The position numbers were made by a program, and so were the translations under genes. A stretch of DNA of 63,774 nt, the filler included, from Pirum gemmata (lineage: Eukaryota): the NCBI GenBank assembly GCA_002812295.1. It is 19 parts of 19 records of this genome, joined end to end, with 100 filler letters (N's around TTAATTAATTAA, not from the genome) between each part and the next. Parts side by side here need not be neighbours in the genome. Positions count along the whole stretch, not along the records: positions 36,204 to 40,421 come from PDIN01003290.1; positions 40,522 to 43,708 come from PDIN01003291.1; positions 43,809 to 46,993 come from PDIN01003292.1; positions 47,094 to 50,797 come from PDIN01003293.1; 15 more parts are not named here. One strand, written 5' to 3'. The notes under the pieces are model-generated. The model worked only from the letters and a program-made list of their open reading frames with translations, ran no database searches and was not told the origin of the DNA. Of this stretch, positions 36,523 through 49,747 are shown in pieces. Numbering within the stretch: the first letter of the stretch is position 1; every line of letters begins with the position of its first letter.

Positions 36523-39500
36523 GTCATATAGATCAGCGTAACCTTCGTGATCCTCGTGATACACCTCGCGGGAACCCTCGTGATGCACCGCGTGGAAATC
36601 CTCGCGATGCACCTCGTATAAATCCTCGTGACGCACCTCGTGGAAATCCTCGTGACGCACCTCGGGGGAGCTCTCGTGACGCACCTCAAGGGAACCTTCG
36701 TAATGAATCCCGTGAAAACATTCGTGATGGACCTCGTGACAAATTTCGTGATGGACCTCGTGACAACTTTCGCGATGGACCTCGTGACAACGCTCGTGAT
36801 GGACCTCGTGACAACGCTCGTGATGGACCTCGTGGCAACCCTCGTGATGGGCCTCGTGATGGACCTCGTGATGGACCTCGTGATGGACCTCGTGACACTC
36901 GAGATCTTCGAGACACACCACGTGGAAACTCACGCAATTTTAGAGATGACCCACACAATAATCCTCGCGATCTTAGAGAGCCCGTGCGTGATGATCCACG
37001 CGATCTCCGAGAACCTCCACGTGGTGGCAATTCACGTGACTTCCGAGACTCCACACGCGGGAATCCTCGTGATTTGCGGGATCTTCCACGTGGTAACCCT
37101 CGTGATTTACGTGACCCCCCACGCGGTGACCCTAGGGATTTCCAGAATCCACCGCGCAGTAATAGTAATCGCGATATTCGAGATCCACCACGTTCTTTAA
37201 TGCAAAGCGGGCCTGATATGCGTGACAGAGACGTTAATGTAAGGGATCGAGATCGAGATCGAGATCGAGATAGAGATCGCTTTAGCAACGATACCCGTGG
37301 CCGTGATGTCAAAAGGTTTTCAATTCATAAATGTCTACTATAATCTGATCACTCATTCTATTTATTTCTCTACCTTCTAATCAATAAGTATATATAATAT
37401 ATGCAAGAAGTTAGTAAACAATTAGTAGCCCATGTCCAATACATTCTCATAACCAATAACCAATAACCAATAACCAATAACCAATAACCAATAACCAATA
37501 ACCAATAACCAATAACCAATAACCAATAACCAATAACCAATAACCATAACCATAACCATAACCATAACCATAACCAAAACCATAACCATAACCATACCCT
37601 AACAATCCCTAACCGTAACCCTACATCCTAACCCTACATAACCAATAACTTATCAATAAGCAATAAGTAGTAAGCAATAAACAATAAACAATAAGCAATA
37701 AACAATAATTGACCAATAACCAATAGCCAATAACTTATTACTAACAATTACACAAAAATTACATGTAAACTTCAATTTCACAATCATAATTCTTGGCCTT
37801 GATTTTAATAATTATCAATTATTCTGTACTGTATAACTGCAAAAATTAAAAAAAAAATTTTTCACATGTTACAACAGTAATGGTTATCGTGGTGATGGTG
37901 GACGCGTAGAAGGTCGTTTTGAAAGTCGTAGTGGTCGTGGTGACAGTCGCAACGAAAACGATGATAGTTATCATCGCTCTTCTTCATCTTCATCGTATTA
38001 CTCTAGTAATAACTCAAGTTACGGAGGAGGAGGTGAAAGGAGAAATTATGGCAGTGGAAGTAGAGGTGGTAATGATTATGATAATGGGTTTGATTCCAAA
38101 TCGAAAGGTATATTATATTATTCGAATACTTTGTGTGTTAATGTTTTTCTCTGTACATTTTTATGAGCAGAGCTTATAAGTAGTTCTATATATATATACG
38201 AACTAATAATTGCAACAAATACAAGTTCTCAATCATAATTTCTATCATAATTCTTAAAGAGTTTGGTTTGAATAATTCATTGATAAACATTATCAATTTT
38301 TCTGTGGTCTTGTTTTTTTTTAAAAATACATTATTATTATTATTTTCATTTTTGCTTAATAGGTTCGTATTCAAATGGGCCTGGTTCAATGCCCCCACGA
38401 GGTCGTAATGGTGGAGTATCAAGCCGGGACAGTAGTGATAGCCGTAGCAGTAGTTACAATCGTGGAAAAGGTGGTGGTGGTAATAACAGGAATAATTATT
38501 ATTGAAAAAAAGAAATAAGGTAATCAAACCGTTGTTTATCTGGCAATGTATTGCATTAATACAACAAGAAAGTCCTGCTTTTTTTTGTTGATTTTATCTC
38601 CATCTTTCATTCTTTCTGAATTTTTGTAGTAATGCCCAAAATTTTGTTTAAAGAATATTAGTCTCTGTTTTTTATGTTTGGTCTGCATACTTGGTATAAC
38701 ATACAATGTTAGATTTTTAATTTGAGATTGGGTTTGGGATTAGGGTTGAATTTGGGTTGGGTTGGGATTTGGGGTTCGGGTCTGGGTTTGTGGTTTGGGT
38801 TATGGTTGGGGTTGGGGTTGAGGTTGGGGCCTATTTTATTGCTTTCAATTCGCCCAGCCTTCGTTTGTTGTTAGGATATAGAAGTTGGGTAGGTAGTTAC
38901 GTTTGATTTTTGGTTTATGTTTTAGGTATTATTAGTGTAATTGGAAAATGATTAAAATGGGACGCAAAAACAAACAAAATAAGTCGCACCACAACAAAGC
39001 AAAAGCAAAATAAACTTTAAAAGAAAACAGTAGCCACTTTCATTCTTTGAAAGTTAGTAGTAGTTAGTAAAAGGCAAAAACATATTTTTACTACAACCAA
39101 GCTCATTTTTTTTCTATTTTTATTTATTATTAATAATAATATTTCGTAATGTGTTAAAAATGCCAATAAAAAAAAAAAGTAAAAAATTAGCTGTTAATCA
39201 TGCAAAACACACAGAACAAATGTATTTATGTTTTAATGCTTCATGCTTAAACTGTTGAACGCCCTTTTTCGTCCCACCCGTTTTATAAAAAGCAAAAAAA
39301 AAAAATAGAAATTATTTGTAGATTAGTGTATATTTGTAGTGCTTTGTATTTTTTTATTTTTCTCTTCTGATATTTTTAGCAATTGTGGCGGGNNNNNNNN
39401 NNNNNNNNNNNNNNNNCCCTAACCCTAACCCTAACCCTAACCCTAGCCCTAACCCTGAGTGACGTCATTTATGAAATGTACTTTATATATTTAGCGTTCT

Positions 39501-40201
39501 ATTTAGTTGTTTAATGGTTACATGTTGTTTTCGAAAAGTATGGTCTGCCATTCATACTGTTGTTTATTTAATTTTATTTAATTGCCAATTAATAGTGATT
39601 GTTTTTTTTTTTATTAGACTCGGGAAGATACGATAATGATAAACGCGGTTCTGGGGGTTATGATGAGTATCGTGGAAGTGGTCGTGGTGGAAGGGGTTCT
39701 GGAAAAAGATTTTCAGGTTCAAATCGACCCAGTCCTTATCCACGTCCTGAATCACGCGGGAATTCTGGTTTTTATTGTTTATATGTCTGCTTTCATCTTG
39801 CTGTTGCTGTTTTATTTATGTATATTACTGATAATTTATTGTTTGGTTACCTGATTATCTGATTGTTGTTTGTTTGATTGCTGTTTGATGATTGTTTGAT
39901 TGTTTGATTGTTTGATTGTTTGATTGTTTGATTGTTTGATTGTTTGATTGTTTGATTGTGTTTGATTGTTTGATTGTTTGATTATTTGGTTGTATTATTG
40001 TATCAGTTAATTTTTGAGTTTTCGTATTGTACTGTTATTTAATTATTTATTTTTGTGGAATGTTTGTAACGTTTTACTGATTGAATTTTATAGGGAACTA
40101 TCGTGACAGTGTATATAAAAATCCACCAGGAGACATTAGAAATTCTTTTAGAGGAAGTGGTCGGTATGAAGATGATTACAAGTTTAGTGGCGATAGAAAT
40201 G
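36523..40201 (+). CDS. Low-complexity RD/RGG-rich protein, probably nuclear RNA-binding; exons 36523-37315, 37878-38107, 38363-38505 (or to about 38470), 39618-39767, 40094-40201
   Basis: GT-AG boundaries with matching phases; RDAPRGNP/RDGPR repeats, RDRDRD run, RGG/RGS motifs, RPSPY motif; higher GC than the introns. Confidence 0.78.
37449..37650 (+). repeat. Intronic (TAACCAA)n changing to (TAACCA)n
   Basis: Directly visible. Confidence 0.9.
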
Positions 40202-40540
40202 GTATTTTTGTGCTTTTTTTTTTTTGGATATTTGTATTCTTCGTTATTTTTTGGATATTGTGTTTTAGTTTGTTAAAGGTTATTTATTTGGTAAATCCAA
40301 CGTTTGATTTTTATTTTACATTATATTATTCTCTTTATCATTGATTTACTATTCACTCACTCACTCACTCACTCACTCACTCACTTACTCACTCACTCAC
40401 TCACTCACTCACTCACTCACTNNNNNNNNNNNNNNNNNNNNNNNNNNNNNNNNNNNNNNNNNNNNTTAATTAATTAANNNNNNNNNNNNNNNNNNNNNNN
40501 NNNNNNNNNNNNNNNNNNNNNAAGCATTAATATTTAACCA

Positions 40541-40595
<55 letters not shown>

Positions 40596-40669
40596 ATAAT
40601 AAGTATTATTATTAATATCATTAGCATATTATTATTACCATTATTATTATTATTATTATTATTATATAG

Positions 40670-42271
40670 GAACACTGTTAAAAAGCACTTGCTAACATCA
40701 AGTAATGAATTTGTTCAGAAATTTGTCAATAAATTAAAGCATTTAACCAATGTTCACGGATGTGCGTTTACAGTTGACTTTTGGACTAAAGATAACGGCC
40801 ATGGAGATAAGTATTTGGTTATTACTGTACATTTATATCAGGTTGTTTGGAAGCACACGTAGTGGATAAGGATATTAATGACAAGTTGGATGCTGAAAGA
40901 GCCTACAATGAGGTAATGAGTGTTTTTCAAGCACCCAGTTTGTATGAACCTTTAGCACATGGTCCTAAGATGATTTTCACTCGCGATCGAGGCTCTGACT
41001 TAGTTGCTGGTTTTGCCCGTCATGCAAGAGACAATCAACAAATTGAGGATATGGATTGTTATTGCCATGGACTACATAATTTGACTAAGCACATTTTCAC
41101 TTTTTTTGAAAGAGATCAGGCAATTCCTGGGTTGCCACAAATCCCAAAACGTGTAACAAAGTTAATGGACAGCATGAAACACTTGACGACTTTGTTTAAA
41201 CACTCTGGTCTTAACCAATATGTTCCTGTATCTCTAAAGCAAGCAGGTGACACTCGTTGGGGAAGTTTTTTTGCAACTATTATATCAGTTATAAGTAGTT
41301 GGGAAGCTATATGCGTTATCGAGAGCACTATAATTGATAGGAGTAAATTAACACCATTATTAAATAATATTGATATAGAAAGGGCAGTTAATCTTTGTGA
41401 ATTTATTCAAACTTTACTAACATGTTTAAGAGTTCTGGAGAGAGAGAAAGTTCCTACAATCCATAATGTTATTCCAGTTGTTTTTAATATGATGAGGTAT
41501 TTCAAAAGTGAACATGATTCTTTAGATGTTTCCACTATGAAGAAGCGTGGTTCAGTGTTGTTAAAACAAAGAATTATTTTAAATTTGCACCAGTACACTT
41601 ATTTTGCGTATTTTTTATCACCCCATCAAAAACATATTGAGAAGACTATCAATGAACTTTTCCGCAACACTGTGCATGTGAATAGGTATAACGAGATGTA
41701 TCAAGCCTTCCAAGATTATGTTACAGATGTAGCTCTGGAAAGAGACTGGAAAGAATATTGGAATCCTACTGAGGGTGAAGATGATGATGATGATGATGAT
41801 GATACTGAATCTGATAGTTTTTTTGCTTTGCAAAGACGTGCAGATAAGGAAACACTTGTATATAAACCAAAGAGATTCCAATTCACGCAGTTCACAGTGG
41901 AAGATGAAAGTAATAATTCTGACGATGAAGTGGAAGAAGATTCAATTGAACAAGTTGTTCAAGCTGAATTGGATAAATTAGAAAATTTCAGGAAGGATTT
42001 TAAGCCAACAGAAGCCGAAATAGCTGGCTTAAACTTTGATATTGCTGCATGGTGGAAAGATAACGTTCACAAACTCCCCATTCTTGCCGCATGTGCCTTT
42101 AGAATACTTGCCATTCCAGCCTCTGGTGCACCAGCTGAGAGAGTTAATTCTAAATTAGAGTTCCTTAGCCGTGGACAGAAGAGCCGCATTGATTCTACTA
42201 CGTTAAGTAATAGAGTTGTAATGTCCATGCATTCAAGAAATGAACTTATTGATCATTTTCTTTCGTCATAA
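40670..42271 (+). mobile_element. hAT-superfamily transposase with one frameshift near 40833
   Basis: Upstream frame CAFTVDFWT...YLVITVH (first catalytic D). Main ORF: FTRDRGSD (second D), CYCH (CxxH), DTRWGS, WWK, LAIPASGAPAER (catalytic E, dimerisation domain). Confidence 0.9.
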
Positions 42272-42379
42272 TTACACTATGACGTATATATATGACACAA
42301 CTATTTGTATTTACCTTTATTCATCAGAAAAAAGAGTGAAAAAAGCCAAATAATAAAAGTCAAAAAAATTAGTTCAAAA

Positions 42380-42571
42380 AAGTCGGTCGATATCTGGGGG
42401 GTCAAACCAAAGTCGGTCGATTTGAGAAAAGGTGGTCGGTCGGTCCGGGGGGTAAAGAGCCAAAAATGGTCGGATTTGACAACTCTGAAGTCGGGCCCCG
42501 AAAAAACTTTGCTTTCGGGTACCGATATTTCGTGAATTTTAATAGGGGATTTTTTCAGTATTTTTTCCCTA
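42380..42571 (+). repeat. Putative hAT 3' subterminal region with repeated GTCGG motifs
   Basis: Several GTCGG/GTCGGTCG copies downstream of the transposase stop, ending ...TTTTTTCCCTA (TAGGG-type terminus on the reverse strand). Confidence 0.5.
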
Positions 42572-42611
42572 ACCTTAGCTAGCTAGCTAGCTAGAGCTAG
42601 TAGAACCCTAA

Positions 42612-42878
42612 GGGAGCGTTCAATAATTACGTAACGCCGATTTGGGACAAAAACCTACCCTACTACCCCCCGTGTAACAGCCTGTCACGTTTGAGAAGGA
42701 CTACCAACCCCTTATGACGTAACGATTTGGAAAAAATAGTANNNNNNNNNNNNNNNNNNNNNNNNNNNNNNNNNNNNNNNNNNNNNNNNNNNNNNNNNNN
42801 NNNNNNNNNNNNNNNNNNNNNNNNNNNNNNNNCCCCCCCTACCTACCCCCCAGCGTTACGTAATTATTGAACGCTCCC
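42612..42878 (+). mobile_element. PIF/Harbinger-type MITE with perfect 26-bp TIR and TAA TSD
   Basis: GGGAGCGTTCAATAATTACGTAACGC and its exact reverse complement; TAA at 42609-42611 and 42879-42881; internal N gap. Confidence 0.9.
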
Positions 42879-43328
42879 TAACCCTAACCCTAAAACTTGG
42901 ACAAGTCAAGTTATGAATCTTATGACAATTAGTAAGCATTTTTGGATTTTTGTCCGAGAAAATTTTCGGGCCCGACCGACCAAATGCCTGGACCCATAAA
43001 AAGTGCGGGCATGTCCGAAGCCGGGCGGACACTGAAAAAGTGCTTTGTCTGACGGGCCTTGACATGACGTCTACTAAGTGTCTAGACCACTCAGTAGTGA
43101 GACTGTAGTGAGACTGTAGTGAGGTATGTGAGTGGTATGTGACAGTTGTGACTGTCTAAGTGGCTGTGGGAGTCTGTAATCTCGACTCTATATATCTGAA
43201 CATCCCGACTCGGTCGGGTAGGGGGTTTTTTGGGCGGTCGGGTCGGGGGGATAATGCTGAAAGTAAAAAAACCGAACCGACATCACTCCGACATCTGAGA
43301 GTAGACTGAGAGTAGACTGTGTTTCAGG

Positions 43329-43375
<47 letters not shown>

Positions 43376-45818
43376 ATTATCATCATTATTAATTATTATT
43401 ATTATTATTATTATTAATCAATTATTATTATCAGTTTTTAGTACTTTTTACTAACATAAATAGAGCAGTTCGTACTTTGACTTGTGGAACTGGGGTTTTA
43501 CTAAATAAATAAAGCAGTTTGCATTTTGTACTTTCATTTGTTGTGAAACTGGGGGTTTACTAAAATAAATAAAGCAGTTTGCATTTTGTACTTTGAGTTG
43601 TTGAAAATAGCAGACCAAACTTTCTATGAGCAAAAAAAGTGTTAAAAAAAAGTGTAATTAGAGAAAATACTCGAAGAGCTACTCAAAGTTAGCAAAAAAA
43701 AGTCGGTTNNNNNNNNNNNNNNNNNNNNNNNNNNNNNNNNNNNNNNNNNNNNTTAATTAATTAANNNNNNNNNNNNNNNNNNNNNNNNNNNNNNNNNNNN
43801 NNNNNNNNAAACAATACTATTAATTTTGTTTTTTATTTTTTTTTATTTTTTCAGGTTTTCTTACTGGCCAATAGCAGTCCAATTTATTTTTAAAAAAAGC
43901 TAGTAGCTAGCTACTAGCTAGTAGCTTGTGGCACTTGTGCTATGATAGTTCTTGTGCAGCTGTGCTACTCTTGTGCTATTTTACGAGGATTTTACGAGTA
44001 GACTAATGCTACTGGCTGGAGCTAGCTAGTAATAATCTCTCTCTAAACAGTCTCTAGTCTAGTAGAGTCTAAACCCACCACTACTACACTAGTTACTAGC
44101 TAGTAGTAGGAAATTACCAATATCCCTAGCTAGACCAATATCCTGCTAGCAATATCCTATATCAATATCTGTTATATTATACCATTAGACCTTTAGTTAG
44201 GCTTTATCAAAGTTTTATCAAGTATATATCAAATGATATCATATCATTTATCCTATGATAGCATTTTAATTTTTTTATCCTTTTGTCTAATAGAGTAACT
44301 AGCTATGTATTATCATTCACCAACAGCATTCACCAAAGAGTCAAAGACTCCATGAAAAAACAAATTTCATTGGTCTTTGACTAGTCTTTGCATTCACTGA
44401 TATTGATTCACGGCCATCGACTAGTTCTTTAGGTGGCCGTGAATAACTATCATACTATCGGATATCATAATTATGATAAACTATAGAGTGACTGCTACTA
44501 CTGAGAGATGCCCTCATACAACATTCAAGGACCTAGTCTAGCTGGACCCAGCTAGGATTCAAGGACTGTTTCAATCAGATACTTCTGATGATTGTGCATC
44601 AGTTGTTCATTACCAGTGCGCATTTCTAACCCTTCATCCTTCAACCGTATAGCCGTAACCGTAACCGTAACCGTAATTATAACGCTAACCATATATCATA
44701 TCATAACGTTAAACATAACCCTCTACTAGTAGCTAGCTAGACTAACCCTAACTTTAGAGACAGTCCCTACCTAACCCTAATAACCCTAATAATAACACTA
44801 GCTACTTGATAACTATCATAGTGTTTAGCTACCGGTAGACAGGAAGACCAAGTCTTCAACCCCTAACAGCTCCCCTAACCTTTTTTTGGCTAAAGACTAC
44901 AATATATAACTAATACCGGTATATAATACATAATCTAAAATACATTATACATCATAATGAAATATTATCATAGATTTAGTTTGATGCAAGGACTTCAAAG
45001 GTATATATAATATGCATATATGTAATAAAATAATAAAATAATATCATTTCTTATAAATATATTTTTATAAATAATATAGATATCATAATAATTATTTATA
45101 AAAAATATTGCACTCCAGGTTGCAACTTGTAACTCGCCAGGCCACTTAGTATCACTGTAGAGTCATATGATATGTTACTAAGCTACTGTAGACTGTAGCT
45201 ATGAATCCTATGATAGCTCTAAGCTAGAGCTATCAGATACTTATATATAGAAGTCTTATTATAGACTGCTATAGTCTACTAAGCTAGTTTAGAATCAATA
45301 TCAATATCTGATATTTTATTATTATCGATAAATCCAAGTCCAAGGACTTCAAAAAAAAAAATTTTGAAGTCCTTGAACTTGAAGTCCTTGGATATTGCTA
45401 TGATAGCAACTAGCTAGCAGCTACTAGCTACTACTAGCTAGTAGTCAAGCTAGTAGTAGTCAGACTGTAGTCTAGCTAGCTTTAGTTAGTAGCTTTTTAG
45501 TAGAGTCAGACTATGATATCATAGCTACTAGCTAGCTATAGACTACTATCAATATCACTGATAGCTAGCTAGTTAGGAGGCGTCAATGAAATTCTAAAAA
45601 ACACTCACTTTCTTGCTTTTTCCTAGTTATGTAGCTAGCTAGACTACCAGTAAGCTAGCTCCGTTTGTTATTAGTAGTCGAGGGTGATAGTCTACTATCG
45701 AGGGTGGTACTTATCGAGGGTGGTACTTATCGAGGGTGAATCCCCCCTGGGTGATAGTCTACTATCGGTAGTATTACAGTAGACAAGCTAGTCTATGATA
45801 TAATAATGATAATATTAT

Positions 45819-46053
45819 AGGAGGGGTGAGAACTCTTGTGGCGAACTTTTTTGACCGAGGCACAAAGTAAATGTTGTTCATCTGTTTCGCGTTACCATAT
45901 TTAGTATTTGTAATTATTTATTTAGTAGCTACTTATTTAAGTAGTTACTTTAAAAAGAGTTTATTATACTATTTATAGTAACTTTAGGCAAATTTCTGGA
46001 AGTTCGCTGGTCCGAGCATCCAATTAGTAAGATGACGTCATCTCATCCCTCCT
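45819..46053 (+). mobile_element. MITE family C copy
   Basis: Colinear with 28191-28417; both TIRs; no clear TSD. Confidence 0.85.
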
Positions 46054-46308
46054 GTAACACTACAATAACAGTACAATAACAGTTACAATAACACAGTATA
46101 ACACTACAGTGTAACAGTAGTGCAACTCTACTAATAAGTAATAACACAAAAAGTTAATTCTGCTCTGTTTAAAAATCGAGATTTCGAGTGTATTAATCAA
46201 ATATATTTATTTATTAGTAAACCCGAAAAATAGGAAAAAATAATATTTTTCGAACGAAGCTGAATTTTGAGTTTTCGGGCTTGAGCAGAGTGAGTTGGGA
46301 GAGGCATT

Positions 46309-46528
46309 AGTAGGGGTGGAACTTTTTTCGAACAGATGCTTATCGAGCCAACCTTAGTTCCGTGTTCCTTACTAATTATAGCAGTTAAATAGCTTAAATA
46401 ATAAATCTAATTATAGTAGATACCAATTAAAGTAACAATATTAACATTAATAGTAATAAAATAATAAAAATCGAAAAAGTTCCGGCAGCTGTTCGGTAAT
46501 AATGAAATGACGTCATCTCACCCCTACT
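46309..46528 (+). mobile_element. MITE family B copy
   Basis: AGTAGGGGTG...TGACGTCATCTCACCCCTACT; colinear with 49333-49566. Confidence 0.85.
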
Positions 46529-46779
46529 TGCTTATTACTACAGTAACAGCAGTACTACAGTATTCCAGTAATAGTAGTCCCGTGACTCCCGTCATTGGCC
46601 CCACTGGTCGTGGATCTTTGTAGGGCCAACAGCAGGTTCATGTGATTTTCAAGATCTGCATTATCATTGGCCCAAAGGAAACTTTCAATGTTACGTTACA
46701 TGCAGAAAAGTTCACTGTTCGAGACTTCGAGTTCAACCGAAAAAAAAAAACCAGAAGTAATTGTGTGCAGGCAGGTGCT

Positions 46780-46960
46780 GTGCTTTTCACTTATTTTGTC
46801 GCTCTAAATATTTATTTGGAGGGTTATAATATTTAAATTGTCACTTTTAAATAAATATATAAATAATAAAATATACCTAATTAAGTTAAATGGATTTATA
46901 TTGTATCAATTTGGTACTATTTATTGTATATTTTATGATGACAAAACAACTGAAAAGCTT
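46780..46960 (-). mobile_element. MITE family A copy (reverse)
   Basis: Reverse complement of 247-427. Confidence 0.8.
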
Positions 46961-48421
46961 AATATTATTATTATTTTAAAAAATACTCCAGGGNNNNNNN
47001 NNNNNNNNNNNNNNNNNNNNNNNNNNNNNNNNNNNNNTTAATTAATTAANNNNNNNNNNNNNNNNNNNNNNNNNNNNNNNNNNNNNNNNNNNNCAAAATA
47101 ACAAAATAACAAAATAACAAAATAACAAAATAACAAAATAACAAAATAACAACACAAAACCACAAAACCACAAAACCACAAAACCACAAAACCACAAAAC
47201 CACAAATTAATAACTTCAAATAATTAGCAACAAGCACCACAACACATCAACAAAATAACAAAACAATATAATAATATAGACAACTAAACAATAACAGTAA
47301 CAACAACAATGCTAAACGAAAAAAAAATTAAAAATTAAAAACCAAAAACCCACAAAACAACAAAACAATAACTTGAAACAACCTATTTTTCCAGATTATG
47401 AAAATGACTTAGAAGGGCTAATCATTGGCGAGATTCGGGGTAATTGTAGTTATTGTTTTACTTTTGAGGTCTAAAATATGATGCAAACGTGGATGGCGTC
47501 ATTATAACAACAATAACAATAACAATAACAATAACAATAACATTAACAATAACAATAACAATAACAATAATAATAACAATAACAACAATAACAATAATAA
47601 CAATAATAATAATAANNNNNNNNNNNNNNNNNNCCCATAACCCATAACCCTAACCCTAACTCTAACCCTAGCCTTAACCCTAATCCCCTAACCCTAATCC
47701 CCTAACCCTAATCCCCTAACCCTAACACTAATCCTAACCTTGACCCTAATCCTAATCCTTACCTAACCCTAATCCTAACCCTAATCCTAAACTCTTAACC
47801 CTTTCCTTTTACCCTTAACCCTAACCCTAACCCCCAACCTCTTAACCCTAACCCTGACCCCCTAACCTCCAACCCCTTAACGCTAACGCTAACCCTAATC
47901 CCCTAACCCTAACCCTAACCCTAAAACGTTAACCTAATCCTAACCCTAACCCTAACCCTAACCCTAACCCTAACCCTAACCCTAACCCTAACCCTATTTT
48001 TATCAAACAGAACTTGAGGAAAACCGCTCCGCTTATCATTTCAAATCTGGTATAATTGACAAGTTTGAACTACTAGGTATTTTTATTTAAAAATTTTGTA
48101 TGATATGTGAGAGGTTAGGGTTAGGGTTAGGGTTAGGGTTAGGGTGTTAGGGTTAGGTGTTAGGAGGGTTAGGGTTAGGTGTTAGTGAAAGGTGTTAGGG
48201 TTACGGTTAGGTATATGGCGTAATTAAAATAAGTAATATGTCGCAATTATGATAGGAAAGGGTTGACCTAAACCATCAGGGTGTGGGCTAAAATATAAGA
48301 GAAACGATGTGTGTTAGAGCTTGATGAAAGTTGAAAAATATTTTTTATAATTATATTGTCATATTTAAATAATATGTTATTAATAAAAAAAAAAGAAAAA
48401 ACTATTATTATGACGTCACCC

Positions 48422-48657
48422 GGGAGATGCGGGAAAACCCATCGAATCGAGACTAGTTCGAAACTTTCGAAATTTTTCGATCTAATTTTAAGTATTGACT
48501 CACTTTTGATTTCATTAAAAAATTCTTAGAAATTTTTAGAAATTTCCTAGAAAGAACTTGAAACTCGAAGATAAAAGAATATCATTTCAATATTGTCACC
48601 ATTTAATAATTAGGATCGAGCTGTTTGATTCGATTATGTTTTCTCGTATCTCCTACT
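48422..48657 (+). mobile_element. MITE family D copy
   Basis: GGGAGATGCGGGAAAA...TTTTCTCGTATCTCCTACT. Confidence 0.8.
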
Positions 48658-49302
48658 ATACTTTGGTTTAATCCCTACTTTCAAACCTGCAGAAATAAAA
48701 TTTAAGTTACCATAATAATCATAATAATCTAAATCATTGACGAAACATATGAAAAAGTATAGATTACTTCATCGAATTTTTAATAACCGAGTTATCAGAC
48801 TATGCAAAAAAAAATTGAATGAATGCGGCTCGAAGTTTTTCGAACGAGTGACCGAAGCGGCGAACGAATTTCAAAGTGAAGGGACGAGTGAGAAAAAAGA
48901 TCGAACAAACGAATGATAAATTTTTTTTGGTGCAGTCACTCGGTTATCAAAAAGTGGGTGGAGTAACACTAGTTCTTGACTTTTACGCATAAATGCGCAT
49001 ATGTCCTTCCCATTATTTTTTAAACAGTACAATAACTCTGGAAAAAAAATAGCCGTAATTATTAATTATAAACCGAAAATGAGTTCTTGCATTCTTTATA
49101 ATAAACTCACTGTTTAGGAACCCAGGTTCCGGCTCGAATTTTTTCGAGCCTTTAATATTTCATAGAACTGTGAAAAAATGTGAAAAAAAAGTTCCAAAAA
49201 AAACTACCAAATTGAGCTCCAAATTGGCGCTTCTTTTTCTTTATATAGACGGGTCTAAACATAAGAATCGTTCGTTTATTATAAGTTATGCAAGAACTGA
49301 GC

Positions 49303-49747
49303 GTTCTTTAACTGTTTTTTGTGGGAATGGGGAGTAGGGGTGAGATATCTACTGGAACTTTTTTCGAACAGATGCTTATCGAGCCAACCTTAGTTCCGTG
49401 TTCCTTACTAATAATAGCAGTTAAATAGCCTAAAATAGTAAATCTAATTACAGTAGATACCAATTAAAGCAATAATATTAACATTAATAATAATAAAAAC
49501 CATAAAAATCGGAAAAGTTCCGGCAGCTGTTCGGTAATAATAAAATGACGTCATCTCACCCCTACTGAACGGGGCTCCTTCATAGTTGTATTTAACTCAC
49601 TACGACTTTTTTTTTTTCCACAATGAGCGGCGAACGCTTTAAAATGAACTCGTTCGAAAAAAAAAAATCGGTTCAAAAAAAAAACAGCTCGTTCGTTAAA
49701 TACAACTATGGAGGAACCCCGGTTCCCACAAAAAACAGTTAAAGAAC
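49303..49747. repeat. About 53-bp inverted repeat (foldback), left arm interrupted by MITE B
   Basis: 49695-49747 is the reverse complement of 49303-49332 joined to 49575-49596. Confidence 0.8.
49333..49566 (+). mobile_element. MITE family B full copy (14-bp perfect TIR AGTAGGGGTGAGAT, 8-bp TSD)
   Basis: TSD GAATGGGG (49325-49332) / GAACGGGG (49567-49574); inserted in the left arm of an inverted repeat. Confidence 0.88.
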
